From Candidatus Altimarinota bacterium (GTDB lineage: Bacteria > Patescibacteriota > Gracilibacteria > UBA1369), in contig JBAZYK010000006.1 in assembly GCA_041659405.1 (NCBI GenBank), forward strand, positions 30,001 to 62,000: DNA of 32,000 nucleotides. Reading direction: 5' to 3'. The translations under genes and the position numbers were made by a program. Shown here piece after piece: positions 8,543 to 18,387 of this stretch. Position 1 is the stretch's first letter; every line of letters starts with the position of its first letter. The notes beneath the pieces were generated by a model. It worked only from the letters and a program-made list of their open reading frames with translations. It did no database searches and had not been told where the DNA came from.

Positions 8543-10647
8543 GATTTTAATATTTTATAGATCTCAAACAAAGATTTATCGGACCTCCAAAACAAATCAT
8601 CGGTTGGAAATTTTCCCCTAAATTCCTTCTCTAATCCAACTTTCCGCCACATATCGACAGCATTTTTTTCATCCCTCCTTAAAACTTCATAGAGTGTCAG
8701 CATGGTCCCCGGGAGAACATAATCTAAATTTCTTGCTGTATTAATTGGCTTCATAACGGTATCAAGAACTTGTGATAGCCTATCTCTTGACCATCTAATT
8801 TCAAACGCTAAGGAATCGGCTTTCCTAAAGCTGGTCAGAGCATCTTTTTGGCTAATACGAGGTTTGCCTATCTGCCCCAACCCATCAAGCAATTGATACG
8901 CTTCTTTTTGTTGATCAGACAATGCGCTTTCCTGCGATTCAAATAAGATTCTGGTTTCTGGATAAGCCGCAATAACATCTCGCAGGGTTTTTGGATTTTC
9001 TCCTTCAAAATGCATACCGATTGTTTTTTCCAGATGTTTTCTAACCGTCGGATGCCTTAATATAGTAAGAGCAACTTCTAAACGATTAGACTCTTCACTC
9101 AGAAATTCCTCCAGAGTTTTAAAAATTCCTCTTTTCTCTCTTTCTGCCGATATTTGTGGCAACTGTTCTAACGAGTTTGCGACTAACTGATCAAGCCCTT
9201 CTTTTTGGGCCTGATCGTTATTGACAATAATCCATCTATTGATTGCATAACGGGAGTAAAATTCCGGTAATTTTATATGCTGAAAAACTTTTGCATTATC
9301 AGCAATAAACTGTTCAAGCTCTTGCGGCGACACACCCGCAAGAATTTCTGCATATGAGCTCGGTGACAGTTTGCTTCCCTGGTCAGCATCCGATAATTCT
9401 AAATATCTTTCATCAACCAATTCCCTTAATTTCACAGGATCATTTCGCCTTGCTCTAGCCATTTTTTGAATTACCTCCGGCGCGCCAGTAAAGGTCTTTC
9501 CCAACCGCTGGCGAGTTTCCAAATCGCAATCAATAATGTTTAACCAACCGAGCAGACTCTCTTTCTTCTCGTCGAAAACACTTAATGCTTCCTTGCTTAT
9601 TGGTAAATTATTGATCGTTTGTTCCAATCTTTGTAGGTTATGAACAATAAGTGATCTGTGAAGAGATACTTCTACGGTGCTATATCTTGACCAATAATCG
9701 GAATAATTTTTCATCACATTACCAAGCACTTGTTCGATAACCCCAAAACGAAAAGCATCACCTCTTTCAGAGTGGATGTGATCACCAAAAGAAATGTGGG
9801 GGTATTTTTCAAAAAGTGATTGGAAAAATTTTGAACTGTTTATTTCCACATCCTCTATGTAAGCCACTGAACCGATTGCCACACCTTCCGGCTTCATTTG
9901 AATATGCCAACCTTTTTTCTCTTCGATAACAGAATCAACTGACTTACGAAGACCAACTTCAGGTTCATATTCCCTAATTTCAAAACCATTGGGCAATTTT
10001 GATGTATCTGTCCCTTTTGGTACAAGCAAGATCATACCTTCTTGCAATTGAAGATCACCTAAAACAAAAGTGTCATGAGGAAAAACATTTATCAATTGTT
10101 TCTCAAGATTTTTCAGTGGCGATACAACAGCATAGGGCTGTTCATCCCAACTACAATCGTCATGTTCCTGTACTAATTCGCCCAAGGAAAAATGAATTGT
10201 CGGACGAAACGATGGTGGCTCACCACCTTCCCATTTTTTTTCTGAGGTAATATCATTCGCTGCAGCTTTAAGAGTTCCATTCTTCGGTAGTATCGAAGTT
10301 GCATGTACTGCAAAAATTTTTGACTCTAAAACTTCCAAAGAAGGCGGATTTTCCTGAGAATATTCAAATTTTGGCTGTTTCTGTTCAACACATATTTCCG
10401 GTTCAGAGTCAGGAGTAAATTTTATTAAATAACTGGTGCTTGAGCCACTTAATAATATAACACGTACATTAATCAGGTCTTTCGTTGTATTACTTTGTAA
10501 AGTTACTGTACCCTTGTGGTCCATGAGTAACGGCATTTCATTGAGAAGTCTTTGATCATCAAATCCGGTTGCTTCAGACAACTGCGCAACTACATCCATT
10601 GCAGATAATTTAGTATTGAGTGTAAGATGTTCAATTTTCTCTTTCAT
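8530..10647 (-). CDS. Hypothetical protein, 705 aa, no recognised domain
   Basis: Long intact ORF; soluble composition; flanked on both sides by family A direct repeats. Confidence 0.75.
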   Translation of the reverse strand: MKEKIEHLTLNTKLSAMDVVAQLSEATGFDDQRLLNEMPLLMDHKGTVTLQSNTTKDLINVRVILLSGSSTSYLIKFTPDSEPEICVEQKQPKFEYSQENPPSLEVLESKIFAVHATSILPKNGTLKAAANDITSEKKWEGGEPPSFRPTIHFSLGELVQEHDDCSWDEQPYAVVSPLKNLEKQLINVFPHDTFVLGDLQLQEGMILLVPKGTDTSKLPNGFEIREYEPEVGLRKSVDSVIEEKKGWHIQMKPEGVAIGSVAYIEDVEINSSKFFQSLFEKYPHISFGDHIHSERGDAFRFGVIEQVLGNVMKNYSDYWSRYSTVEVSLHRSLIVHNLQRLEQTINNLPISKEALSVFDEKKESLLGWLNIIDCDLETRQRLGKTFTGAPEVIQKMARARRNDPVKLRELVDERYLELSDADQGSKLSPSSYAEILAGVSPQELEQFIADNAKVFQHIKLPEFYSRYAINRWIIVNNDQAQKEGLDQLVANSLEQLPQISAEREKRGIFKTLEEFLSEESNRLEVALTILRHPTVRKHLEKTIGMHFEGENPKTLRDVIAAYPETRILFESQESALSDQQKEAYQLLDGLGQIGKPRISQKDALTSFRKADSLAFEIRWSRDRLSQVLDTVMKPINTARNLDYVLPGTMLTLYEVLRRDEKNAVDMWRKVGLEKEFRGKFPTDDLFWRSDKSLFEIYKILKSAKI

Positions 10648-10811
10648 TTCTAAAGTTTTCGAAAAGATTAAATCTCTCTATTATACACTAAAAAGTATCC
10701 ATTTTCGATACAATGTTAGGGGATATCCCGCAAACAGATGTCCAGGGGGATTCATTATGTGAAGCCGTAAAAACTCCACCAACAAAAAATGCAAACTATA
10801 AACTTGCACTA

Positions 10812-10914
10812 TTTACACATTTTAAATTATTGTCCGATTAAGAACCGGGAAGAGTACACCGGCTGCAGTAAGCCACAATTGCCACACCATCATCTTTATG
10901 CCTAAATTTTGGCA
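10812..10914 (+). repeat. Intergenic dispersed repeat family A, copy 3 (103 bp)
   Basis: tttacacattttaaattattgtccgattaagaaccgggaagagtacaccggctgcagtaagccacaattgccacaccatcatctttatgcctaaattttggca, matching 8440-8542. Confidence 0.9.
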
Positions 10915-10965
10915 TATTTCTTTACAAGCACTTTTTTACAAAGTACCTGTTCATTATTTTCCAAA

Positions 10966-11105
10966 GTTTTCGGAGAAGCTGGCTTTTTGGCGACATTGCG
11001 AGCGCAGCCGGTCGAGCATCATGATGCGAGACCTTCGTGAGGGCGTACATGCTAGCCCGAACGAATTGGCGAAGCGTTCGCCAAAAAGCCAGCTTCTCCG
11101 AAAAC
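10966..11105. repeat. 140-bp element bounded by perfect 28-bp inverted repeats (MITE-like/palindromic element)
   Basis: Left arm gttttcggagaagctggctttttggcga (10966-10993) is the exact reverse complement of the right arm tcgccaaaaagccagcttctccgaaaac (11078-11105); interior holds further palindromes (gcatcatgatgc; ttggcgaa-gcg-ttcgccaa). Confidence 0.9.
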
Positions 11106-11236
11106 TCAACGCTAAAGCAATGGACAAGCATGAACAAAAATTCAGAAATAATTCTCCAATTTTCGCCATACTTGTGCGCACGCACAGATTCTTTTATGAT
11201 GATCAGGCTTTAAATCGTCTTCACTTATTATTCTCA

Positions 11237-12418
11237 GTGGAAAATTTTTGGTCAAAACTCGCCAAACCAATCATCGGCCTGGCGCCAATGGACGGCGTCA
11301 CGGACGCGCCTTTTAGATATATCACAGCCAAATATGGCCATCCGGATGTGATGATTACCGAATTCACTTCGGTTGAAGGAATCGCCGCCGGCGGAATTCC
11401 ACCTTTGCGCGCTTTTATTTACGACAAAATCGAACGTCCGATTGTTGCACAGCTTTTTGGAATCGATGAAAAAGCTTACTATAAAGCCGCCGTCATGTTG
11501 TGTGAACTCGGCTTTGACGGCATCGATATAAACATGGGCTGCCCTGCCAAAAACATTGCCTCTAAAGGTTCCGGAGCCAGCCTGATTTTAAATCCAAAAC
11601 TCGCCCAAAAAATTATCAAACAAACCAAAAAAGGGGCAGCCGATTGGGCCAATGGATTAAATTTAGAAGATGTTGGATTACCTGAAAACACCGTAAAACA
11701 CATTCGTGAAATGCAAAAACAAAACCTGTGCGGAAAATCCGGAACCGTTGGCCACAAAGCCGCCGCCTCCGCCCATGCCAAAAAGTCCCCCACCACAATC
11801 CGCAAACTTCTGCCTATATCCGTAAAAACCCGCATCGGCTACGACAAAATCGTCATTGAAGATTGGATCAAATATTTGCTGGAAGAAAAACCCGCCAACA
11901 TCAGCCTTCATGGCCGAACTTTAAAACAAATGTACACAGGTCTTGCCAATTGGGACGCCATCGCAATTGCCGCAAAAATTGTGCACGAACACAACCAGGC
12001 ACATGCCAAATCGCGCGAATTTGTTAAAACCACAATTCTGGGAAACGGTGATGTTAAAAGTGTTGAAGAAGCCCATCAAAAAGCGAAACAATACGGAGTT
12101 GATGGAGTTTTAATTGGCCGAGCCGCCTTTGGCAATCCCTGGATTTTCCGCGCGCCTGCAAAACCTAAAAACAGCCCTTCCATTGAATCCCCCGCACCTT
12201 ACACGCCCACCATCAAAGAAAAACTAAAAGTCGCCATCGAACACGCCCACATCCACGAAAAAATCTTTGGAGAAAAACTTTTTCCGGTAATGCGCAAACA
12301 CCTTTCCTGGTATTGCCGTGGATTCACCGGCGCGAGCGAAGTACGTCAACGCCTTATGCAAGCCAACAACAGCCAAGAAGTGGAAGAGATTTTGACCGGC
12401 ATCCCAGAAAAATCTTAA
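11237..12418 (+). CDS. dus: tRNA-dihydrouridine synthase (Dus family); start probably GTG 11237 rather than the ORF-track start at 10898
   Basis: VENFWSKLAKPIIGLAPMDGVTDAPFR, GFDGIDINMGCPAKNI, SVKTRIGYD, LHGRT, GNGDV, DGVLIGRAAFGNPW. Confidence 0.92.
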   Translation: MENFWSKLAKPIIGLAPMDGVTDAPFRYITAKYGHPDVMITEFTSVEGIAAGGIPPLRAFIYDKIERPIVAQLFGIDEKAYYKAAVMLCELGFDGIDINMGCPAKNIASKGSGASLILNPKLAQKIIKQTKKGAADWANGLNLEDVGLPENTVKHIREMQKQNLCGKSGTVGHKAAASAHAKKSPTTIRKLLPISVKTRIGYDKIVIEDWIKYLLEEKPANISLHGRTLKQMYTGLANWDAIAIAAKIVHEHNQAHAKSREFVKTTILGNGDVKSVEEAHQKAKQYGVDGVLIGRAAFGNPWIFRAPAKPKNSPSIESPAPYTPTIKEKLKVAIEHAHIHEKIFGEKLFPVMRKHLSWYCRGFTGASEVRQRLMQANNSQEVEEILTGIPEKS

Positions 12419-12436
12419 AGTTGTTGCGGCCCGGAC

Positions 12437-15400
12437 CTATTTGACCACAATCGGATTGTGGTTGTATTCACGGAAAAACTGCAGATAGAAATCCTCAAGG
12501 TCAACCCCGTTTAATTTATGACCGGATTTCAAAGTGCGTTCCAAATCCGCCATGATGACATCAAGATCCTGGGCGCGTTTTTCATCAAAAAATCGGAGAT
12601 GGCTTAAGGCTTTACGACATTCGGCCAAGCTCGCCATAATTTCCGGTTTCTTTTCAGGTGGAAGCTCAGGGTATGCATAATAGGTCATCAATATTTCAAA
12701 GTTTTCTTTAAACATGACATCGGCTTTGCGCATATCGTATTCCCTTAGAAACATCTGTTCGGGCGTGTTAGGGTCACGGCGAAGATCACAGACCTGCTTG
12801 AAATCACTCATCAGATGCATGAGTTTAAAGAATTTAAAGTAGATTGGAGTGAAAAGTCCGGTAACGCAGTGCTCAGCCATCGGATTAGCCTTGGCAAAAT
12901 CATCAAAATGGCCACGTACTTGTTCACTTACTTTATGCTCAGAGACCCGTTTGTTTGGATCAAAATAGGAGTGCTCAACTTTTTCCTGCTTTCGAATTTG
13001 ATCAAGAACATTCAATACATGCATAAAACATTCACTGTATATTTCCTGAAGTTTCTCCAACTCCTGCGGCTTAAGGTTGTTCGCAAGGATGCGGTCTTCA
13101 ACTTTTTTTAAATCATCAACATCTTCCATCCACGCGCCAATAATTCCACTGTTCGGAAGTTTGCCGCCGCTAATCTCACCTCTTGTTTTTTCAACAAACT
13201 CATCAATCTGTTTGCGCAGAACATAGAGTTCAATAGTATTAGGGCCAAGCTCTTCACAGTACTGTTCCTTAAAATCCTTGGAGCAGTTTGCCAACCGGAT
13301 CATTTTTTCAAAACTCGCGCCACGTAAAACCGCATGGTATTTTTGCTCTTCAAGATTCTGTTCCTGTGCCACCTGGAAGGCCGCCATATGAGCGGCAACA
13401 CCACCAAGAGCGGCCTGGAGCATTGGCAGACCGGTCGCCGCGCGCTTTTCTTCACCATATTCAAAGATTTCGGTCACCAGTTCGATAGCCGGTGTAATTT
13501 TGGTACCAATCTCAATGACATCACGTCGTAAACAGGCAGCCTGTTCTTCATAGGCTTCGGACTGAGGCAAGACATCATGTCTTGTAACATCCGGTTTAAA
13601 AATTTTGGTCATTTCATATAGCACACTACTCAAAGCATCATATAGATCATGAATAAAATCATGGATTTCGCAGGAGAGGGTTTCCAGGGGAGCATCTGCA
13701 TTTTCCGGGTCATCTTCTTCATTGGTTATAACCTCTTTAATGTGAGTTGCCCTCAAGTCTGCTCTGGCGCCGTTTAAGGCAATTGCCAGTATCATAGCCA
13801 AACCATTAAGGCTATCGGAAATCGACATTTCCTTTTGCGATTCCGGTGGTTTCGGTTTAGCTGTTTCAACAGCATCATCATGGACAGCTGAAACAATACC
13901 ATTGACATCATCAACGCGAAAAGTCTCACTCGTACCACTCGTTTTATAATTCATGCCTAAACCCGCCAGACTTTTTTTGGATTCCGGTTCATCCAAAAAA
14001 TCAGCAAACATACCGTCTTCTATACTCATGGAGTCTGTTTCGCCATTGTCCGGGTCCGACTTCCTGAATCTTTCCGATAGGTAGTTGAGTTCAACAAAAA
14101 GCTTCTCAACATCCCCAAGAATCAACGGCCCCAGAAGGATCATTTTTTTAGGATAAACAATGTGTTTTCCTGCACCATTTTTTTCAACCCCGTGCATATC
14201 CCACATATGATCGAGATAAGAAAGAATCGTGCTGACCTGAAAAATAACTTCCCCCAATTTTTCTTTGAGCTTTTTATCCTCAATAGTCTCAACAGTCTCA
14301 CCCACAAGCCTAAAAGCACTTTGGCGGGCGCGCAGGACTTTGCGATGGCGTCTCACAATGAGCGGAGCTACCATAATGAGATTAAATGCATCAGTAAAAG
14401 TTTGAATAATGTTGCGTCTTTTTTCCCGTTCTTTTTCCAGACGCACATCATGTTCTTCTTTAGTTTCACTCTTAGCTGCTCCTTTTTGCCCGGCTTTAGT
14501 TTTTCCACTTAATAAGTCAGTAAAATCTTTAAAAAGATCACGTTTTTTTCGCATTTCTTTTTCCAGGAAATCTCCCCGTTCTTTTTCCAGGCGAGCATCA
14601 TGTTCTTCTTCAGTTTCATCCTTAGATTCTTCTTTTTGCCCGGGAGAATCATCTTCAAGCATTTTTGCCATTTTTGAACCGCCAACCCACCGGAAAGTAC
14701 CTTCCCAGTTACGAACGAATTGCAATAAACGTTGAATTTCCTGGATGCCGTAACTCTGTCCACTCATTCCCGGATTCGAAACATAAAGACGGCGAACATG
14801 CTCAACCTTGCCCAATTCAACCACTATTGCCTGAAGATCATCAGGAAGAAGTATTTTTGAATTTTCACCGTGAGCTCTGGCGTTTTTTATTTTTTTAAGA
14901 GCTTTTCCGGCTTTTTCGACAGCTTTAAGGATTTGTTCCTTTTCCAGGTCACTGGCATGTAAATCTATCATGAAACGCTCCTGGGCCCTGGTTTTTTTCA
15001 AAGGCTCATCACCCCTTTCGCTGGCAAGCTTAACCATTGCTGCAAGATTTTTCGGCATTTCATTCTCAATGATGTGTAAAAAATCCCCATCAGCATCAAA
15101 CTGAATGACAGTAGTGCAATCGGGGCCTTCCTCAACCGTGTAAACCGCCCTGGCCAGACGTTCCAAAAGAACCAGGTTGCGATAACATTTCTTAAAACTG
15201 GTTACAATACCATTCTCTTTTCGATCCAGCTCTTTATCCTTTGGTCCCAAAAAAGATTCGGCCTCGCGAACAACATCTCCAATCAATTCCGCAACTTCAG
15301 TAAATGAAAATTTTTCAGCGGTTCTTTCATCGGCGGAAAGAGCAATAATTTCGCGATTTTGCGTTACAGCATGAAGCAATTGGAAAAGGAATCCGAGTCG

Positions 15401-15580
15401 ATCGTAACTTTCTCTTTCGGCCTGTGTCAGGCTTTCCATCCAGGTAGTGTAGGCCATTTTTTCAAAATCCTTGGTTCTATGACGTAAAACATCTTCAAGG
15501 GTAACTTGCGTAACAGGTCCAATATCCACTTTTGTGGCTACGTCCGGATCTTCACCTATACGTAGATCATCTACATCCAT
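12437..15580 (-). CDS. Hypothetical protein, 1047 aa, charged/helical with internal duplicated segment
   Basis: Intact ORF; no recognised domain; internal repeat EEHD(A/V)RLEKER. Confidence 0.75.
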   Translation of the reverse strand: MDVDDLRIGEDPDVATKVDIGPVTQVTLEDVLRHRTKDFEKMAYTTWMESLTQAERESYDRLGFLFQLLHAVTQNREIIALSADERTAEKFSFTEVAELIGDVVREAESFLGPKDKELDRKENGIVTSFKKCYRNLVLLERLARAVYTVEEGPDCTTVIQFDADGDFLHIIENEMPKNLAAMVKLASERGDEPLKKTRAQERFMIDLHASDLEKEQILKAVEKAGKALKKIKNARAHGENSKILLPDDLQAIVVELGKVEHVRRLYVSNPGMSGQSYGIQEIQRLLQFVRNWEGTFRWVGGSKMAKMLEDDSPGQKEESKDETEEEHDARLEKERGDFLEKEMRKKRDLFKDFTDLLSGKTKAGQKGAAKSETKEEHDVRLEKEREKRRNIIQTFTDAFNLIMVAPLIVRRHRKVLRARQSAFRLVGETVETIEDKKLKEKLGEVIFQVSTILSYLDHMWDMHGVEKNGAGKHIVYPKKMILLGPLILGDVEKLFVELNYLSERFRKSDPDNGETDSMSIEDGMFADFLDEPESKKSLAGLGMNYKTSGTSETFRVDDVNGIVSAVHDDAVETAKPKPPESQKEMSISDSLNGLAMILAIALNGARADLRATHIKEVITNEEDDPENADAPLETLSCEIHDFIHDLYDALSSVLYEMTKIFKPDVTRHDVLPQSEAYEEQAACLRRDVIEIGTKITPAIELVTEIFEYGEEKRAATGLPMLQAALGGVAAHMAAFQVAQEQNLEEQKYHAVLRGASFEKMIRLANCSKDFKEQYCEELGPNTIELYVLRKQIDEFVEKTRGEISGGKLPNSGIIGAWMEDVDDLKKVEDRILANNLKPQELEKLQEIYSECFMHVLNVLDQIRKQEKVEHSYFDPNKRVSEHKVSEQVRGHFDDFAKANPMAEHCVTGLFTPIYFKFFKLMHLMSDFKQVCDLRRDPNTPEQMFLREYDMRKADVMFKENFEILMTYYAYPELPPEKKPEIMASLAECRKALSHLRFFDEKRAQDLDVIMADLERTLKSGHKLNGVDLEDFYLQFFREYNHNPIVVK
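14425..14493 (-). repeat. Copy 1 of an intragenic 69-bp direct repeat in the 1047-aa ORF
   Basis: cccgttctttttccagacgcacatcatgttcttctttagtttcactcttagctgctcctttttgcccgg, matched by 14575-14643 at a 150-bp offset. Confidence 0.75.
14575..14643 (-). repeat. Copy 2 of the intragenic 69-bp direct repeat in the 1047-aa ORF
   Basis: cccgttctttttccaggcgagcatcatgttcttcttcagtttcatccttagattcttctttttgcccgg; the protein repeats EEHDxRLEKER. Confidence 0.75.
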
Positions 15581-15809
15581 GTTTTTTATCTAATTATAAT
15601 AATGAGAGAACCAACTTAACACCATTTGACATCATTGTCAACAAATTGATTCATTTGACCTTCGGCTTTTCTTTCAGTATAATCTCTTTCGCGCTCAGGT
15701 AGCGTTTAAAAGAGCGCTTTTTCCAGGACCTCAAAAGTCTAATATCAAAGCGCCAAACTCGCTACATAAACTACAATTTTTATTTTTTTTGCCGCCCTTC
15801 GGCCAGCTC

Positions 15810-17615
15810 ATGTCCAAAATCATCAACATCGCCATTATTGCCCACGTAGATCACGGCAAAACAACACTCACCGACTTTTTATTAAGACAAGGTGGAGCTT
15901 TCAACAATCACGAAAAAGTAAGTGATTTGATGATGGATTCCAATGATCTTGAAAAGGAACGCGGTATTACCATTCTCGCAAAAAATTCTTCCATTCATTA
16001 TAAAGATTATAAAATTAACATCGTAGATACTCCCGGGCATGCCGATTTCGGCTCCGAAGTTGAACGTGTTCTTAAAATGGTCGACACGGTTTTATTGCTT
16101 GTAGATGCCAAAGAAGGCCCTATGCCTCAAACCAAGTTCGTACTTATGAAGTCACTCGCTCTTGGAATTCGCCCGATTGTTGTTATCAACAAAATTGATC
16201 GTAAAGACCAACGCGCGCACCAGGTAATCGACATGGTTTTTGATCTTTTCGTAACACTTGGAGCCAACGATGAACAGTTGGATTTCCCAATTATTTATTC
16301 CATCGGACGTGAAGGTATCGCCAAATATCAATTGGAAGATGAAGGCAAAGACCTGACTCCTTTGTTTGAAACAATTTTGAAACACGTAAAACCTTATCCG
16401 GATAAAAACGCGGAACCTCTACAAATGCAGGTTACCAACCTTTCTTATGATGATTATATCGGCCGCATTGCCCTTGGCCGTGTTTCCAGAGGAAAAATTA
16501 ACGCCGCTCAGGCTGTGGCAGTTTGCAAACGTGATGGCAGTGTTCAACAAGCCAAAATCAGCAAACTTTTCAACTTTGAAGGAATGAAAAGACTGGAAAT
16601 TCCAACAGGTGAATCCGGTGATATCGTAGCCATTGCCGGAATTCCGGACATTACCATTGGTGAAACCATTACCGATCCTGCAACTCCGGAACCTATGGCA
16701 TTATTGGTGATTGATGAGCCAACTTTGTCCATGAACTTCCTGGTAAACAACTCCCCTTTTGCCGGTAAAGAAGGAAAATTTGTGACCACCCGCCATATTA
16801 AGGATCGCCTTGATCGCGAACTTCAAACCAATGTAGGTCTTGAAGTTGAACCAATCGAAGGAACAGACGGTTATAAAGTTTCCGGTCGTGGTGAACTTCA
16901 TCTTTCAATTTTGATTGAAAACATGCGTCGTGAAGGCTTTGAATTGCAAATTTCCCAGCCTGAAGTAATTTACAAAACTATCAATGGTGAAAAAATGGAA
17001 CCAATTGAACAATTGGTTATCACCGTACCGGATGAATATACCGGCGGCGTTATCGAAAAACTTGGTAAACGCAAAGGTGACATGCAAAATATGCAGTCTG
17101 AAAACAGCCAAACCCGTTTGGATTACTTGATTCCAACTCGTGGTTTACTTGGCTTTAGATCTGAATTTATTATGGACACACGCGGAAAAGGTTTGCTGGA
17201 TCACAGCTTCTGCCGTTATGAAAGATACAAGGGTGAAATCAATCACCGCGCGAATGGTGTACTTATTTCAGGTGAATACGGCTCTTCAGTCGGTTACGCT
17301 CTTTGGAAACTTCAGGAACGTGGCAAAATGTTCATTGGCACAAACGTTGAACTTTATGAAGGCATGATCATTGGTGAAAATGCTAAAAGCGATGATATGA
17401 TCGTAAATCCATGTAAAGAAAAGAAGCTCTCCAACATGCGTACAAGTGGTTCCGATGAAGCAATCCGCCTTGTCCCACATTTGGACATGACTTTGGAACA
17501 GGCCATGGAATATATTGAACGCGATGAATTGGTTGAAATCACCCCAAAAAGCATCCGCATTAGAAAGAAGTTCCTCACTGAAAATGACCGAAAGAGAAAT
17601 AAAATTGGTGGGTAA
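15810..17615 (+). CDS. typA: Ribosome-associated GTPase TypA/BipA
   Basis: [75 protein letters not shown]; ORF track begins at 15789 but the ATG at 15810 fits the family. Confidence 0.97.
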   Translation: MSKIINIAIIAHVDHGKTTLTDFLLRQGGAFNNHEKVSDLMMDSNDLEKERGITILAKNSSIHYKDYKINIVDTPGHADFGSEVERVLKMVDTVLLLVDAKEGPMPQTKFVLMKSLALGIRPIVVINKIDRKDQRAHQVIDMVFDLFVTLGANDEQLDFPIIYSIGREGIAKYQLEDEGKDLTPLFETILKHVKPYPDKNAEPLQMQVTNLSYDDYIGRIALGRVSRGKINAAQAVAVCKRDGSVQQAKISKLFNFEGMKRLEIPTGESGDIVAIAGIPDITIGETITDPATPEPMALLVIDEPTLSMNFLVNNSPFAGKEGKFVTTRHIKDRLDRELQTNVGLEVEPIEGTDGYKVSGRGELHLSILIENMRREGFELQISQPEVIYKTINGEKMEPIEQLVITVPDEYTGGVIEKLGKRKGDMQNMQSENSQTRLDYLIPTRGLLGFRSEFIMDTRGKGLLDHSFCRYERYKGEINHRANGVLISGEYGSSVGYALWKLQERGKMFIGTNVELYEGMIIGENAKSDDMIVNPCKEKKLSNMRTSGSDEAIRLVPHLDMTLEQAMEYIERDELVEITPKSIRIRKKFLTENDRKRNKIGG

Positions 17616-17649
17616 AAAGTTTATTGCAAAAGTTTTTCTTCAGAAATTT

Positions 17650-17682
17650 AAAGAGAGCTTCAGAAATGAGGCTCTCTTTTTT
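17650..17682 (+). terminator. Rho-independent terminator after typA
   Basis: aaagagagc-ttcagaaatgag-gctctctttttt stem-loop with T-tract. Confidence 0.8.
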
Positions 17683-17685
17683 AGC

Positions 17686-17706
17686 ATTCCACCAATAGGG
17701 TTGGTA
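17686..17706 (+). repeat. Short repeat family C, copy 1 (attccaccaatagggttggta)
   Basis: Shares ccaccaatagggttggta with 19449-19468 and ccaatagggttggta with 19607-19621; contains ACCAA-taggg-TTGGT hairpin. Confidence 0.7.
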
Positions 17707-17739
17707 AATTTATTTTACTCTCTACATAAACAATCTACA

Positions 17740-18195
17740 TTAATTATTGCCCAAGGCAGAACTCACGCTTTCTCTTACAATTGGATCAGGTTGAACGCTT
17801 GGTGCATCAGGTTGAGAAACTTTTTTAGAAACTCCATCAAAACGTCTGGCTAATGCAAGATCAAAATTCCTTTGAAATTTTTCCATATGATCTGCAACGC
17901 GAGCTGTTTTTTTCCACTCCCAATCTGCTTTAGATAAACTGGCTGCCACAGAGTCTTTATCAAAGAGATCGGCTTCCGCATTTTTAACCTTGTCAAAAAG
18001 TCGTTGTCTTACGACCATCCGTTCAGAATCAGGGGCGGTAAGAAAAATATGTACTGCCGCACGCACAGTTTTTTCTTGCCATAAAGTTTCTAAGGTTGGA
18101 ACAGCAGAGTCGCGTGCTTCCGCAAGTATAGTGTCAAAGTCAGCCTCGAGCTCTTGTAAAGTTAAAGGTGTGTTCTCAGTAGCGGAATTTTCCAT
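17740..18195 (-). CDS. Hypothetical protein, 151 aa
   Basis: Intact ORF starting at an ATG; no recognised domain. Confidence 0.6.
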   Translation of the reverse strand: MENSATENTPLTLQELEADFDTILAEARDSAVPTLETLWQEKTVRAAVHIFLTAPDSERMVVRQRLFDKVKNAEADLFDKDSVAASLSKADWEWKKTARVADHMEKFQRNFDLALARRFDGVSKKVSQPDAPSVQPDPIVRESVSSALGNN

Positions 18196-18387
18196 AAAGT
18201 TTTTTGTTATTTGTTAAAAATACAAACATATTATACCACGCTTACGATACGGAGGCAAATCAACGCTCACAGATAAGATTGGCAAAAACTCATTGTCGGA
18301 ATTCATCGTTTTTTACTAATGGTTGATACACATAATCAGCTATACTCAAAGAGCCAACTCATTTTATGATTCTTTAAAAAATAACTC

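Noticed and set aside
10898-12418. Possible recombinase or novel domain fused to the Dus N-terminus
   Set aside because: The extra 113 aa derive from two repeat elements and show no domain-like sequence.
7544-15580. Defence island or toxin-antitoxin-like system made of the unknown ORFs
   Set aside because: No nuclease, ATPase, helicase, methylase or toxin motif could be recognised in these proteins, and they are interrupted by dus; there is not enough evidence to claim a system.
17515-17853. 112-aa plus-strand ORF at the end of typA
   Set aside because: It runs out of frame through the typA 3' end, terminator and repeat; no coding support.
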